Shown: positions 13,574 through 23,593 of the stretch, in pieces
Layout of the letters: every line of letters starts with the position of its first letter
Position numbering within the stretch: the stretch's first letter is position 1
Origin: Magallana gigas
Lineage: Eukaryota
DNA: 64,000 nt
NCBI RefSeq assembly: GCF_963853765.1
Contig: NC_088860.1
Span: 33,604,001-33,668,000, forward strand
Direction of reading: 5' to 3'
The notes under the pieces: generated by a model
Seen by the model: the letters and a program-made list of their open reading frames with translations, nothing else
The model's database searches: none
Told to the model about the DNA's origin: nothing
Made by a program: the position numbers and the translations under genes

Positions 13574-14606
13574 CTTTAAATCCAAGAGGTACAGGGATAA
13601 GCTACGGACAGAAATTAAAGCATTGGAGTGCCTTATTCCCGTGGACAGGTCGTCTCTTCACCGGAAGTTGGACAGTCAGACGGTCTTCCGACTTGTCATC
13701 TCCTTCCTCAGAATCAAGCTCCTCTTCAAAGGTGACTGAGCATGCGCAATATTGATTCAATAATTAATTGAATAATTTAATTGATAAAATGTTCAAATAC
13801 AACTAGTTATTCACGTGAAAATAACACCACGTAAAACTTAACGTGAATTGACGTGAAAATTGTGCGAGTGTTCATGGCGTGAAATTTACGTGAATGTTTA
13901 TGTAAGGTACAGTTGCTTATGTAGGTCTATACCTGTTTTAATAGATAACGAGTCACTCCGAGAAAATCGAACTAATTTTATTGATGATTGCGCACTGACG
14001 GCATATCAACATTAATTGCATCTGTCAACAAATATTACCATACAACCCAGGAATCCTTCTGTAAAAATAATTCTATTATTAATCAATATATTATGATTAT
14101 ACCATACTGATTATTCAATAGACGACATTTAATCGACTACGGCGGAAATGATGAATTTATTCAATTTTTGAATACACTTTTGAGAAAAAAATCGAAGTAT
14201 GTCCTAATAATTCGCAATGGGGAGACATCTTTGTTTTCATTTCGCTATCAAATTCCATAAACCGCTAAATGATAAAATAAATACTGGCGAGGTAACCCAC
14301 TCGAGTTGGATTTGTCGATACAGCGGGGAGATAGGGCCGCCTAATGCCGGCCTGATCGGTCATTGTGGCAGCTGACACACCCAGACAACTCTGGGATTAC
14401 CTTCCATCTTCTCCTGTACTTACTCTCGTTTAGCGCTGAGTCACTGAAATTTTGGATAGCAGTGTGGTCTGGACATGCCATATCTCTATAAGTGCATATT
14501 TGTTAAAAGAATTTGCACTTAATTTCTTGTTCTGTACAAATGTGAAAATAATACAGACTTCTTTCGGGCATTCCTAAGATTAAATACATGATGGATTATC
14601 AAATTC

Positions 14607-14676
<70 letters not shown>

Positions 14677-17600
14677 CTGTTTAACGTCCTATCGATATTG
14701 TTTAAATTCATGCAGAGTTTTAATTGACCGGATTACTTGTATTAATTTGCTTGAAATATTCCAAAAACATGATATATGCATAGAATTTCAATACCTTTAA
14801 AAAAACTGTTATATGCAATTGCATCTAATTATTATTTTCAATGATTATTAAATTTTGCCAAAATCCATTTACATGTAGACTATATAAATTTTTGAAACTC
14901 TGGGAATAACACCCGTCAGACTTAGTTGGCCCGCTGTCCACTTCACGACCGGGTGGTCTGAACGAGTGCAAGAGGTGTCGGCTGTCTATCTATGACCATA
15001 CAGAGTCAGGTTGATTACATTTTCGATTCCACTTTAGCTCTGTGACTGAGACATTTATCTATGACGCTATCACATGATGACAGCATCATGGCGCTTCTAC
15101 AAACTCTTGCGGTCCGAAGCTGAGAGACTGACCCAGGCGCCAAGAATTCGTTACCCCCCAACTCCAACCCGCGCCGAACGACAGGGGGAAAAGTGCGGGA
15201 TATTTTAATGTTGAAATGTTTGTCCAACACTCCAAGCAGTTTGTCCAAAATCTAAGCACAGTTCCTAATCTCTTTTATCAAATACGGCGCTTTGTTTTTC
15301 ATAAATTAAATAGCAGGGGTTTCGGCGGAATTTATCGATTGGTTTATGTCTGATTCAGGTGATATTTGCGCTGCATTTGTGATATTTTTTTCGAGTCGTT
15401 TTTAAAACTATATTTCTGCTTCAAACCTCCTGTTTTCTTTGAACTGGGCAGGAATATTTACTAGAACTTAAGAAGTAAATCTTCCGTTTACACCTAACGT
15501 GTTTCGATGAATCGCAGTAAATCTGTGTCAAAATAAATGGAGAGGTTTCCAACAAACAAAGGGATATTTTTCATACAAGTTTCTTTGTTTTCTGACTTGA
15601 CAAAATGAAAATGTTCAATCTGACATTCTTCAGCTCCGTAATTTTTAAAAAGAATAAATGAAATCGACGCAGCATTTATGTAACTATCTCAATTTTTAAT
15701 AAAACATGTACACTTTGGTGGGTGGAAAACAAACAAACTACAAGTAATGAACGTGAACATATTATTGCATGTACTGTATTTGTATGTATTTTTTCATACT
15801 ATGCATTTAGCCAACGTACAAAAGATATTATATGTAATGCTGGAATGCATTTATTACAATATATTATGATAAAAATTATTAGATACAGGTACATTAATAT
15901 CTATAAATATTTATTTAATGCTTACTTTGATTTTTAAAATAATTTCATTATCCTTTTTTTAAATGAGTATGGGAATCTTTTTTTTTTATATAGCCTACAT
16001 TAAAATTTATATCGATAAAATAACTAATTTCTTTATCGTCTTTTATTAGCATATGAAAAATCCAATACTATATTACAAACTGGAGAACCCAATGATGAAG
16101 CGTCACATCCAAGTGCAGAACAATTCTTTTGCGGAAGAAACATATTTCAGGTAAGGTGTTGGCTTTTGTGGCTTTGTCAGTAAGGAGAATTAAAAAAAAA
16201 TACATTCAGACTGAAATAATTAAATGCTTAAGTATGCTATAGAAGAATGTCATTTTTACATTTTATGAGCATAAAGTAAATGAGCGGATTTTATTATCAC
16301 AGTTTCATCAAGTTTTCCACTTCTTTTTCCAACTGCCTGACCACGCGATGGTTCATGAAAAGCAAGTTTCCATTTGGCAGAAAGCGACTAAGAATTAGAG
16401 CAATTTTGTCACTTTTGAGTCTAGCCTCCGAAGGCTGATTTATAACTCGAACATGTTCCTGTATAAATCGAATTAGAATTTTCAGTACATTTTCTGCTAG
16501 GAGTCTATTTTCCGATTTTTCACAAACCAGAGTAAATCCTGAGTTACCCGCCCCTAACCAAAGAGCTATTCTTTCCACTGTGAAAGGATTGCCTTCTGGA
16601 AGTCTAATGCAACCAAACTCAAAGTCTGGAAGCGTGTCGTCATTTCCCATGCGTTGAATATCATCTTCCACGGCTCGTGACTGGACTGCCCTCCGAAATT
16701 GGTACTCGGAGTGAACCTAGAAAAGCCCAAAAAAAAAATGCAACCCAGATACGATTAATTATTTATTCTAATTAATGTTATAAAAGAAGCTGTTTGTCGG
16801 TGGAATCAGATATACTGAAAAATTTCAAATACTTAAAGCGCAAACCAATAAAGGAACTTATTGAAAGAAATGAAATATCTATACAAACCAAAATCATGTG
16901 GAAAAGGTGGGAGGGGCAGTGTCGTTTTTCAGTACTTACTTCATTGGCTATTAATTGAATGTGATTTCTTCTACGGTTTTTGTGTTCAGCATCATTTACT
17001 TCATCTGAATACGTCGCATCCTGTCCGTAAACATTGTGATAAAGGACTCGGCACGGTCCGGGAAGGAGAGTGTGGATAACAAACGCGTACACCATTGTTT
17101 GTTTACATCGGAAATACTATTGTGAAATGTAAAAATAAAAGTTATTGGGAGGAATAACAGGTTCCGATTTTTTTTTTCTCGTAGATACTTGATGGGTTTG
17201 TGTTAGCTGCAACTACAGATGGGACTGTGTTATATGCATCGGATAATGTTTTACAATATCTAGGATTTAACCAGGTAATTCATTACGTTGTTTGTATTTA
17301 TAACGTTGCTATAGTACTTGAGTATGCAGCTTACCATAACCGATATGTAAACTAAACATTTAAACATTAATTGCAATATCTATGTTATCAAAATAAAAAG
17401 GAAAGATATTGCCAAAAGTTAGTAATTTTATATATATATATATATATATTTTTACAAATGTTTGTTGATATTTTTTTAAACCATTCAATACATGTACAAG
17501 TATGTGCAGCAAGTTCCGCTAATTAGAATTCAAATGGATAAAAGGTATTATCTTTATATTGTAGGTGGATTTGATGCATCGCTGCCTGTACGGCATTGTG

Positions 17601-20174
17601 CACCCTGATGACCACGACAACATGAAGAGTGTACTGGAGCGGCACGGCACGGCATCCGTACAGCAGGTCTGCTAATGTTTGGCTTTAATTTCTATCGTTG
17701 ACTTTAATACCGATTTATAATTTTTCTACGAAATAATAATGTAATTCATCCTGAAAACATACACTTGTAATGATATATTCATACAAATATTGAAGTGAAT
17801 GTTGTTTTTCCATACAAATTTTAAAGTGAATATAAGAGGTGTTTTTCATACACATTTTGAAGTGAATGTTGTCTTCCATATTTATATACACATTACGAAG
17901 TAAATGTTGTTTTCCACACAAGATTTAAAATGAATATAATAGTTTTCTCAATCCATGTATTAGATGACCAACGATCTTCTTTCCGAGAGCGAGAAGGTGT
18001 CGTTTGTCTGTCGAATGAAGTGTTTCAACGGAACGTCAGCTGGATACCTGGTAAGTTGTTTTAAAAGTTTCACCATCCTTTTAATGTAAACTATAATTCA
18101 TTGATACCAACTCTATAAAATATTAATTGTCATATATTTTATCAAACGTTGTTTATCGGTACATGCAGCGTAATAAAAGAATATCTTATTTATCTTTTAG
18201 AAAATTCACAGCTCTGGCAAAATTGAAAATATTCCTGAACTTTCGTTGAAAAGTAATCAAAACCCACCACAAATCATGCTTCTTTTTTGCCAACCATTCA
18301 TGCTGACCGGAAGTGACCTCACAAATGATGTGAAACAAAACGTATTCTGGAGTAAACATGATATGGACCTCACAATCCGCGAGTTGGACAAAAAGTAAGA
18401 ATTTATAACACATTATATTAAATTCATTAAGTGATTTCTTGGCCCCTGCCAGCAATTTTAAGAAATATAATATTTTTTTTTATTTTCTTTAAGGGCATAC
18501 GACATTATAGGATACAGCGCTGATGAACTCAATGACGTCACTTTGTATAAATATGTCCATCCAGAAGATCTCGTGACGTTTGCCGCATGTCACAAAACTT
18601 GTAAGTTTATTTCATGCGGGTTTTACATCTGATCGACCCTAGTACATGATGTTGAGATAATTTATTAAAGTAACTTAATTTAAATTATCTCACACGTGTG
18701 TATTTGCAGTGATGGAGAGTACAGAAGTACAGACGATGTATTTCCGGATAGAAACGCGGAACGGGAAGTGGATTTGGCTGCACAGCAGAGGAAAAGTGAT
18801 CAGCAAAAACTCCAAGAAGTTCTCCATCGTCTTCACGCACTGTCCCGTCAGGTACTGAATATATTTTTAAATGCAATTCACCGGCTGTATCCTTAACACG
18901 CCAAAATACTATAAAATAATGATTAAAATTTATCTTTTATCAATTAAAGGGAAGAAGACAGTACATTTCTACAACAAGAAACCGCGCTCCGTCAGCGATA
19001 CGCCATTGGTGACCTTCAATTCTTCATCCAGAATGGACACTACAGCAGCGGTGGCCATAGATCAGACTCTGAGGGTAACAATGAAGACATTCACGGTATG
19101 CAGAAAGTCAGCAACTTCTGCACGCCACACATGGGGTTCACTGAGGATGTGTCCCTGTCCTTTTATACGCCATTGGTCACGTGTCCCTCCAGTTGGCACA
19201 TGCTCTCTGACCGCCATTCCCCAGTCTTGCCGTCAACGCATGTAGCTCACAAAATTACTCAACGCGAGAAGCAGCTTCAGTTTCAGGAGTTCAAGCGACG
19301 ACAGCAGATCGAGAAGGCTGTGATAAAAACAGAGTACAATGTCTACACTTCCCCTTCCCAGAATTCTTGCCAGCAGCAGTTTACCGCGCATGCTCCCCCT
19401 GTTGAACCTTTTGTGTCTTTCAAACCATGTGGCAATGACGTTCAGATGATAAAAGCCGAACCACGTGATAACTTTTACACGAATTGTGGCCACGTTATGA
19501 ACTATCCTAATGTCAACAAAAACTACCATCATGTCCCCTCACCGGTTTACATGAATCCGAGCGACCCACCGTCTCAACAACATTGGAATACGATGGCTCC
19601 GCCGAATTATCCCAACGTTCCGCCCAATGTCAATGTCTATAACTTTCCCCCTTCTCCACCAAATTCACCCCAAAGATTACCAAATTACCCATACCAGATT
19701 TATCACAATCAAGTTCATGAAAAACCTAATGCATCGTTCGTTCATTCACCAATAAACTCTTTGCCAAATCAGTATGACCAATGTCAAATTAACGGAATTC
19801 CCAATAACCAACCTACCCAACCAATCCACCACATACCAAACCAGTACTTTTCGAACGGTTACATGAAATCTGACAAAGGGGTTAAGTTCTCCGTTCGATG
19901 CAATGCTCCCCAGCAGAACCCTCACTTTTCTCAGCAGGGGCCAAATATAGGGGTTTTCCAGGATGCCAGTAACTACGCCATCACGACCATTGCTGGACAG
20001 TCTTGTTCTATGCCACACAGGTTTGGTCCAGACGAGAGAGTGGAGTACGACATCGAGGCCTCCATCCACATGAAGATTGTGGAAAATCCTAGGAACAGGC
20101 GAGGAACGCACCTTAAAGGGGACGTGGATCTTCCATCAATTGGGAGTTTTCTGGAATATTTGAACGACTCTTAA
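13574..20174 (+). CDS. Divergent aryl hydrocarbon receptor-like bHLH-PAS transcription factor (5'-partial; ~734 codons recovered)
   Basis: GT-AG exons join in frame: 13574-13731 (bHLH: FKSKRYRDKLRTEIKALECLIP...KLDSQTVFRLVISFLRIK), 16050-16150, 17185-17274 (ILDGFVLAATTDGTVLYASDNVLQYLGFNQ, PAS-A), 17565-17666 (LYGIVHPDD), 17964-18050 (FVCRMKCFNGTSAGYL), 18201-18394 (FWSKHDMD), 18494-18600 (IIGYS..LYKYVHPED, PAS-B), 18710-18851 (FRIETRNGKWIWLHSRG) and 18950-20174 (Q/P/N-rich C-terminus, includes ORF 19098..20174). Each block parallels AHR (SKRHRDRLN, ALNGFVLVVT, FICRLRC, FRTKHKLD, GYQFIH, FRLLTK..WTWVQS). No gene symbol is given because orthology is uncertain. Confidence 0.9.
14613..14672. repeat. 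(GA)n microsatellite in AHR-like intron
   Basis: About 30 pure GA units. Confidence 0.98.
16297..17095 (-). CDS. AP5S1: AP-5 complex subunit sigma-1 (191 aa, 2 exons), nested in an AHR-like intron
   Basis: Exon 1 is 17095-16940 (MVYAFVIHTLLPGPCRVLYHNVYG...IQLIANE, donor GTAAGT). Exon 2 is 16716-16297 (VHSEYQF...RLPEGNPF...LWLGAGNSGFTLVCEKSENRLLAENVL...ILSRFLPNGNLLFMN). These match recalled AP5S1 motifs MVHAFLIHTL..CRVLY, WLGV..LGF.LV...EN.LLAE and ILTRFLPHGQLLFLN. Confidence 0.93.
17700..17940. repeat. Degenerate ~30-bp tandem repeats in AHR-like intron
   Basis: Recurrent (a)agtgaat(g/a)t..tgtttttc(c)ata(c)a(c)a units between exons 17565-17666 and 17964-18050. Confidence 0.6.
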
Positions 20175-20845
20175 TATGTGAACGCATTTAGCACAGCCCG
20201 TCCAAAAATCGTCTTGCCATATTTATTAATTCTTGTAAATTAACGAGAATTCATCTTGTGATTAATTCGTAATATACATGCAAAATGATGATTAAAGCTA
20301 GCTTTCCGATGTGACTGAATTATTGCATTAAATATTTGAATAAAGATCCTACCAATCCTGAAAATGTGTAATGCCTTTTTTCAATTATATGACACAAAGC
20401 ACAAAGTAGGTGTAGAGTATTCAAGTTCTATGCGTCTTACGAGAATTCTTGTTGTCATAACTTTAAATGTACATAACGCTTTAGTTTATACATAGACAAG
20501 TTGCAGACGTGGTTGTTTTAACATGGATCTCTCCTTAGTAATTAAGATTTCACAATGTATTTTTTAAACGTAAAGACTTATGTTAAAAAACCTCAGGACA
20601 AAACCCATGATTAGGATCAACAAACAGATTGTGTCTGTAGCTAACGGTCTTTTATAGAGAGGCATATTGTCATGTCCTTATCTGGATCCCGTGTCGACAG
20701 GTTTAACACTATCAGCTCATCGATATTTCACACAGTAAAAAATATGTCCCGGTTCGTCGTTACTTATGTAACAAGATACTTTTCTTGAAGAATTAACAAG
20801 TCCGAGTTCCTGGTATAGCAGGCACAGCTTCAATGGGCATGAAAC

Positions 20846-23242
20846 ATGTCGGATGTGGTGAAGGCACGAGGAAAAGCAGACGCACCTGCTGAAAGTTTCC
20901 CGGATGAAGAGGAGCAGCAAGATTTGTATGGTGGAAGTGAAATCAAATACGAAGAACAAGAGTCTTACCCATCCAATGAAAGCAAAAAGTTGGGAAATGG
21001 AAAAATTTACAACGCTAGCATAGAGACGTTGAAAACCGGCGAAAAGGTTGGTTCTGAATTGTCTTTGATGGTAAGCGAAAACTTGCATGGAAATGAAAAT
21101 AGTGAAACGAATGTCAACGAAGTCAAGAAAACTGACCGTGTACGCCAAGAGAAAGATACTATGAAAATGAAATTCGCCACCGAAAGAAGCAATCGGGCTA
21201 AAGAGGAAACTGGTAAGCATGAAAATAACCATTTGTCGCCTCCTATGAAGTATCGCCAGTATTTGCCAGAAAGCGGGGAGGACGTGTATAGATACGAAGG
21301 GGATTTAACTGTCTGTCCAATCTGCAAGCACGAGTTGTTTATGCCAAAACATCTGCCTTGCTTGCATACATTTTGCAAAAGTTGCATTGGAGATTATTTC
21401 CAGAAACTTAAGGGGAAATTTAACTCCTTTCGAATCCACTGTCCCGTGTGTAAAGAATATCAACCTGGCAAAAGAGCAACCGTTTCTGCCAATACTGTCG
21501 CCCACTTACTGCCAACCAATCACTTTCTTCTAAATAAAATCGCCAGGAAAAATATGAAAACTTGCATTCCTTGCTCGCGAGCAGGGAAAATATCGCCATC
21601 CGAATCTTGGTGCCTTTACTGCCGAGAGTCTCTGTGTAGTGAGCACGTGTCATACCATAACAACCTGACTTCTCCCGACATTCACCGCGTTCTGAATATT
21701 AAGGAGGTCGCTAATGACGTCGATATCGCGTACATGCCGGCGTTCTGCGAGGTCCATGCTTTCAAAAAGCTTAAGTTCTATTGCGATGACCACGGTGTCG
21801 CGGCTTGCGATGCCTGCCGGAAGTTGTATCATCGCGAGTGTCCCGGATTAGTTACGTCTGAATCCGAAGCAGACGATATCCGACACGGCGACTTCTTGCA
21901 AGAGATGGCGGAGAAATTGCAGAATTTGGAAAAGACGGCGGTGGATATGCTCGACAAACTAAGCGAAAACCTCTCCGATCTGTCGAAGTATCGCAAGGAT
22001 GACGAACGCTCAATTTCAGATATGAGGCAAAATTTAACCAACCACCTGAACTCGCTAGAAAACAAACTATTCAATGAACTATCTTTGAAACAAAAGGAAA
22101 AGGAGTTTGAAATTCAAACAGAAATCGGAATATTTGAGAAGAAACGAGAAACGCTTTTGTTTTACAAACGTCTTCTAGAGCTCTTGCTGAGCGAGGGACT
22201 AAGTGTGCAGTTATTTGTTGAACTGCCCAGCATAAGCCTACAATCTAACATTCTGGCGGAGAAAATGCATCACAGGGCTGCTATCATGCAGAACAGCTCA
22301 ATTCACGTGGGATTCAATGACGTTATTGTAAAGTTAGATTCAATGGGGAGTATAGTAGAAATGCATTCTAGAATTAAGCCGGATATCCCTTTCGCTCGGA
22401 GTTCTGGTAGTTGGAGGAAACTCGAACTCCAGTCTCCCCAAACAACATTCAGATCGGAAGTCTTGCATCGGAAACTAAAGCAAGGATTTCTCGTCATACG
22501 CTTTCAGAGCAGTACCATCACTGGTGCCACAACGATAGAAGGCCGCCTCGTTCTGGCGGATTACATCGGCCGTGAGATCCGCGCCTACTATGACAATGGA
22601 AACCATGACGACTCCCTAAATATACAGGACTTACAGGGAAATCCCTGGGACTTAGTGGAAGTTCCCACGGAAAGTGTCGGTTACACGCTCATAATTTCAT
22701 TTCCGAAGCAACGAAAGTTACTTCTACTCCAATGGGACGATGCCGTTGTCGTTCAAAAGTTTCACTCTACCAAACAAGAATGCTACGGAGTCACTAATAT
22801 TGGAAAATACGTTCTTGTCGCCTGCTTGAAACATCTGGAACTTTGGAAAGTGGATGAAGACCTAACGATGAAGAGGAAATCAATTCTACCAGTGAAAGGC
22901 CTTAGAGTCGAAAACATACACCCAACTGAACCAAATCGTATTCTGTACACCGACTCAACGGATGACGGCTCGTTTTATTGCATTACTAAGGAAGGGGCGG
23001 TTGTGTTCCAGTATGATCACCCACAGTTGTCTTTCCCTCGCGGCATTGCCACCGACAGGGAAGGTAATATCTATGTTGCAGGGTACAAGTCTAACAACAT
23101 CCATGAACTGTCCCCCGAGGGTGAGCTACAGCGGCTGATAGTGCCTCAGATACATCTGTTCCAGCGCCCACGGGTGCTTATTGAGAACGGTGGATCCATT
23201 TATGTTATATATGGCAAACACAAAGTTTTAGAATTGTCATAG
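20846..23242 (+). CDS. Intronless TRIM E3 ubiquitin ligase (RING, two B-boxes, coiled coil, NHL/beta-propeller; TRIM2/3/56/71-like), 798 aa
   Basis: Single ORF with a C3HC4 RING (CPICKHELFMPKHLPCLHTFCKSC...CPVC), B-box1 (CIPC...WCLYCRESLCSEHVSYH), B-box2 (CEVHAFKKLKFYCDDHGVAACDACRKLYHRECP), a heptad-rich coiled coil and an NHL-like repeat (FPRGIATDREGNIYVAGYKSNNIH). Confidence 0.92.
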   Translation: MSDVVKARGKADAPAESFPDEEEQQDLYGGSEIKYEEQESYPSNESKKLGNGKIYNASIETLKTGEKVGSELSLMVSENLHGNENSETNVNEVKKTDRVRQEKDTMKMKFATERSNRAKEETGKHENNHLSPPMKYRQYLPESGEDVYRYEGDLTVCPICKHELFMPKHLPCLHTFCKSCIGDYFQKLKGKFNSFRIHCPVCKEYQPGKRATVSANTVAHLLPTNHFLLNKIARKNMKTCIPCSRAGKISPSESWCLYCRESLCSEHVSYHNNLTSPDIHRVLNIKEVANDVDIAYMPAFCEVHAFKKLKFYCDDHGVAACDACRKLYHRECPGLVTSESEADDIRHGDFLQEMAEKLQNLEKTAVDMLDKLSENLSDLSKYRKDDERSISDMRQNLTNHLNSLENKLFNELSLKQKEKEFEIQTEIGIFEKKRETLLFYKRLLELLLSEGLSVQLFVELPSISLQSNILAEKMHHRAAIMQNSSIHVGFNDVIVKLDSMGSIVEMHSRIKPDIPFARSSGSWRKLELQSPQTTFRSEVLHRKLKQGFLVIRFQSSTITGATTIEGRLVLADYIGREIRAYYDNGNHDDSLNIQDLQGNPWDLVEVPTESVGYTLIISFPKQRKLLLLQWDDAVVVQKFHSTKQECYGVTNIGKYVLVACLKHLELWKVDEDLTMKRKSILPVKGLRVENIHPTEPNRILYTDSTDDGSFYCITKEGAVVFQYDHPQLSFPRGIATDREGNIYVAGYKSNNIHELSPEGELQRLIVPQIHLFQRPRVLIENGGSIYVIYGKHKVLELS

Positions 23243-23593
23243 ATAACACTTTATCAGAATGATCAAATTTTTATTCATAACATCATAACATGATTTTTCA
23301 AATTAATTATTTTGTACGGAATCAATATTCTGTTTAGAATTAAATTCTTCAATGCAATTAAATATATGTATACTCTATCTCCAATTATTTCTTAATAACA
23401 ACAACAAATTCTTGCACCAAGATCAATACAAATACAGACAACATTTAGCCCAATTTTGAAAACGATGAAAAATTTAAATTTCACACACAGAGAGATGTTG
23501 AGTTATAAACTTGTGAACATTAATTCTTTAATTTTTGATTCCTTATTGCTTTTCTCTTCTGTCACAATTTTCTTTCTTTTGTCTCTCTTTCTA

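Noticed and set aside
20175-20845. XRE-driven control of the TRIM gene by the adjacent AHR-like factor
   Set aside because: No TNGCGTG was seen in the spacer; only an isolated GACGTG is present.
20717-22497. Several minus-strand ORFs of 60-171 aa overlapping the TRIM gene (likewise those antisense to the AHR-like last exon and SRP72 last exon)
   Set aside because: They are antisense shadows of genuine coding sequence with no independent motifs or splice signals.
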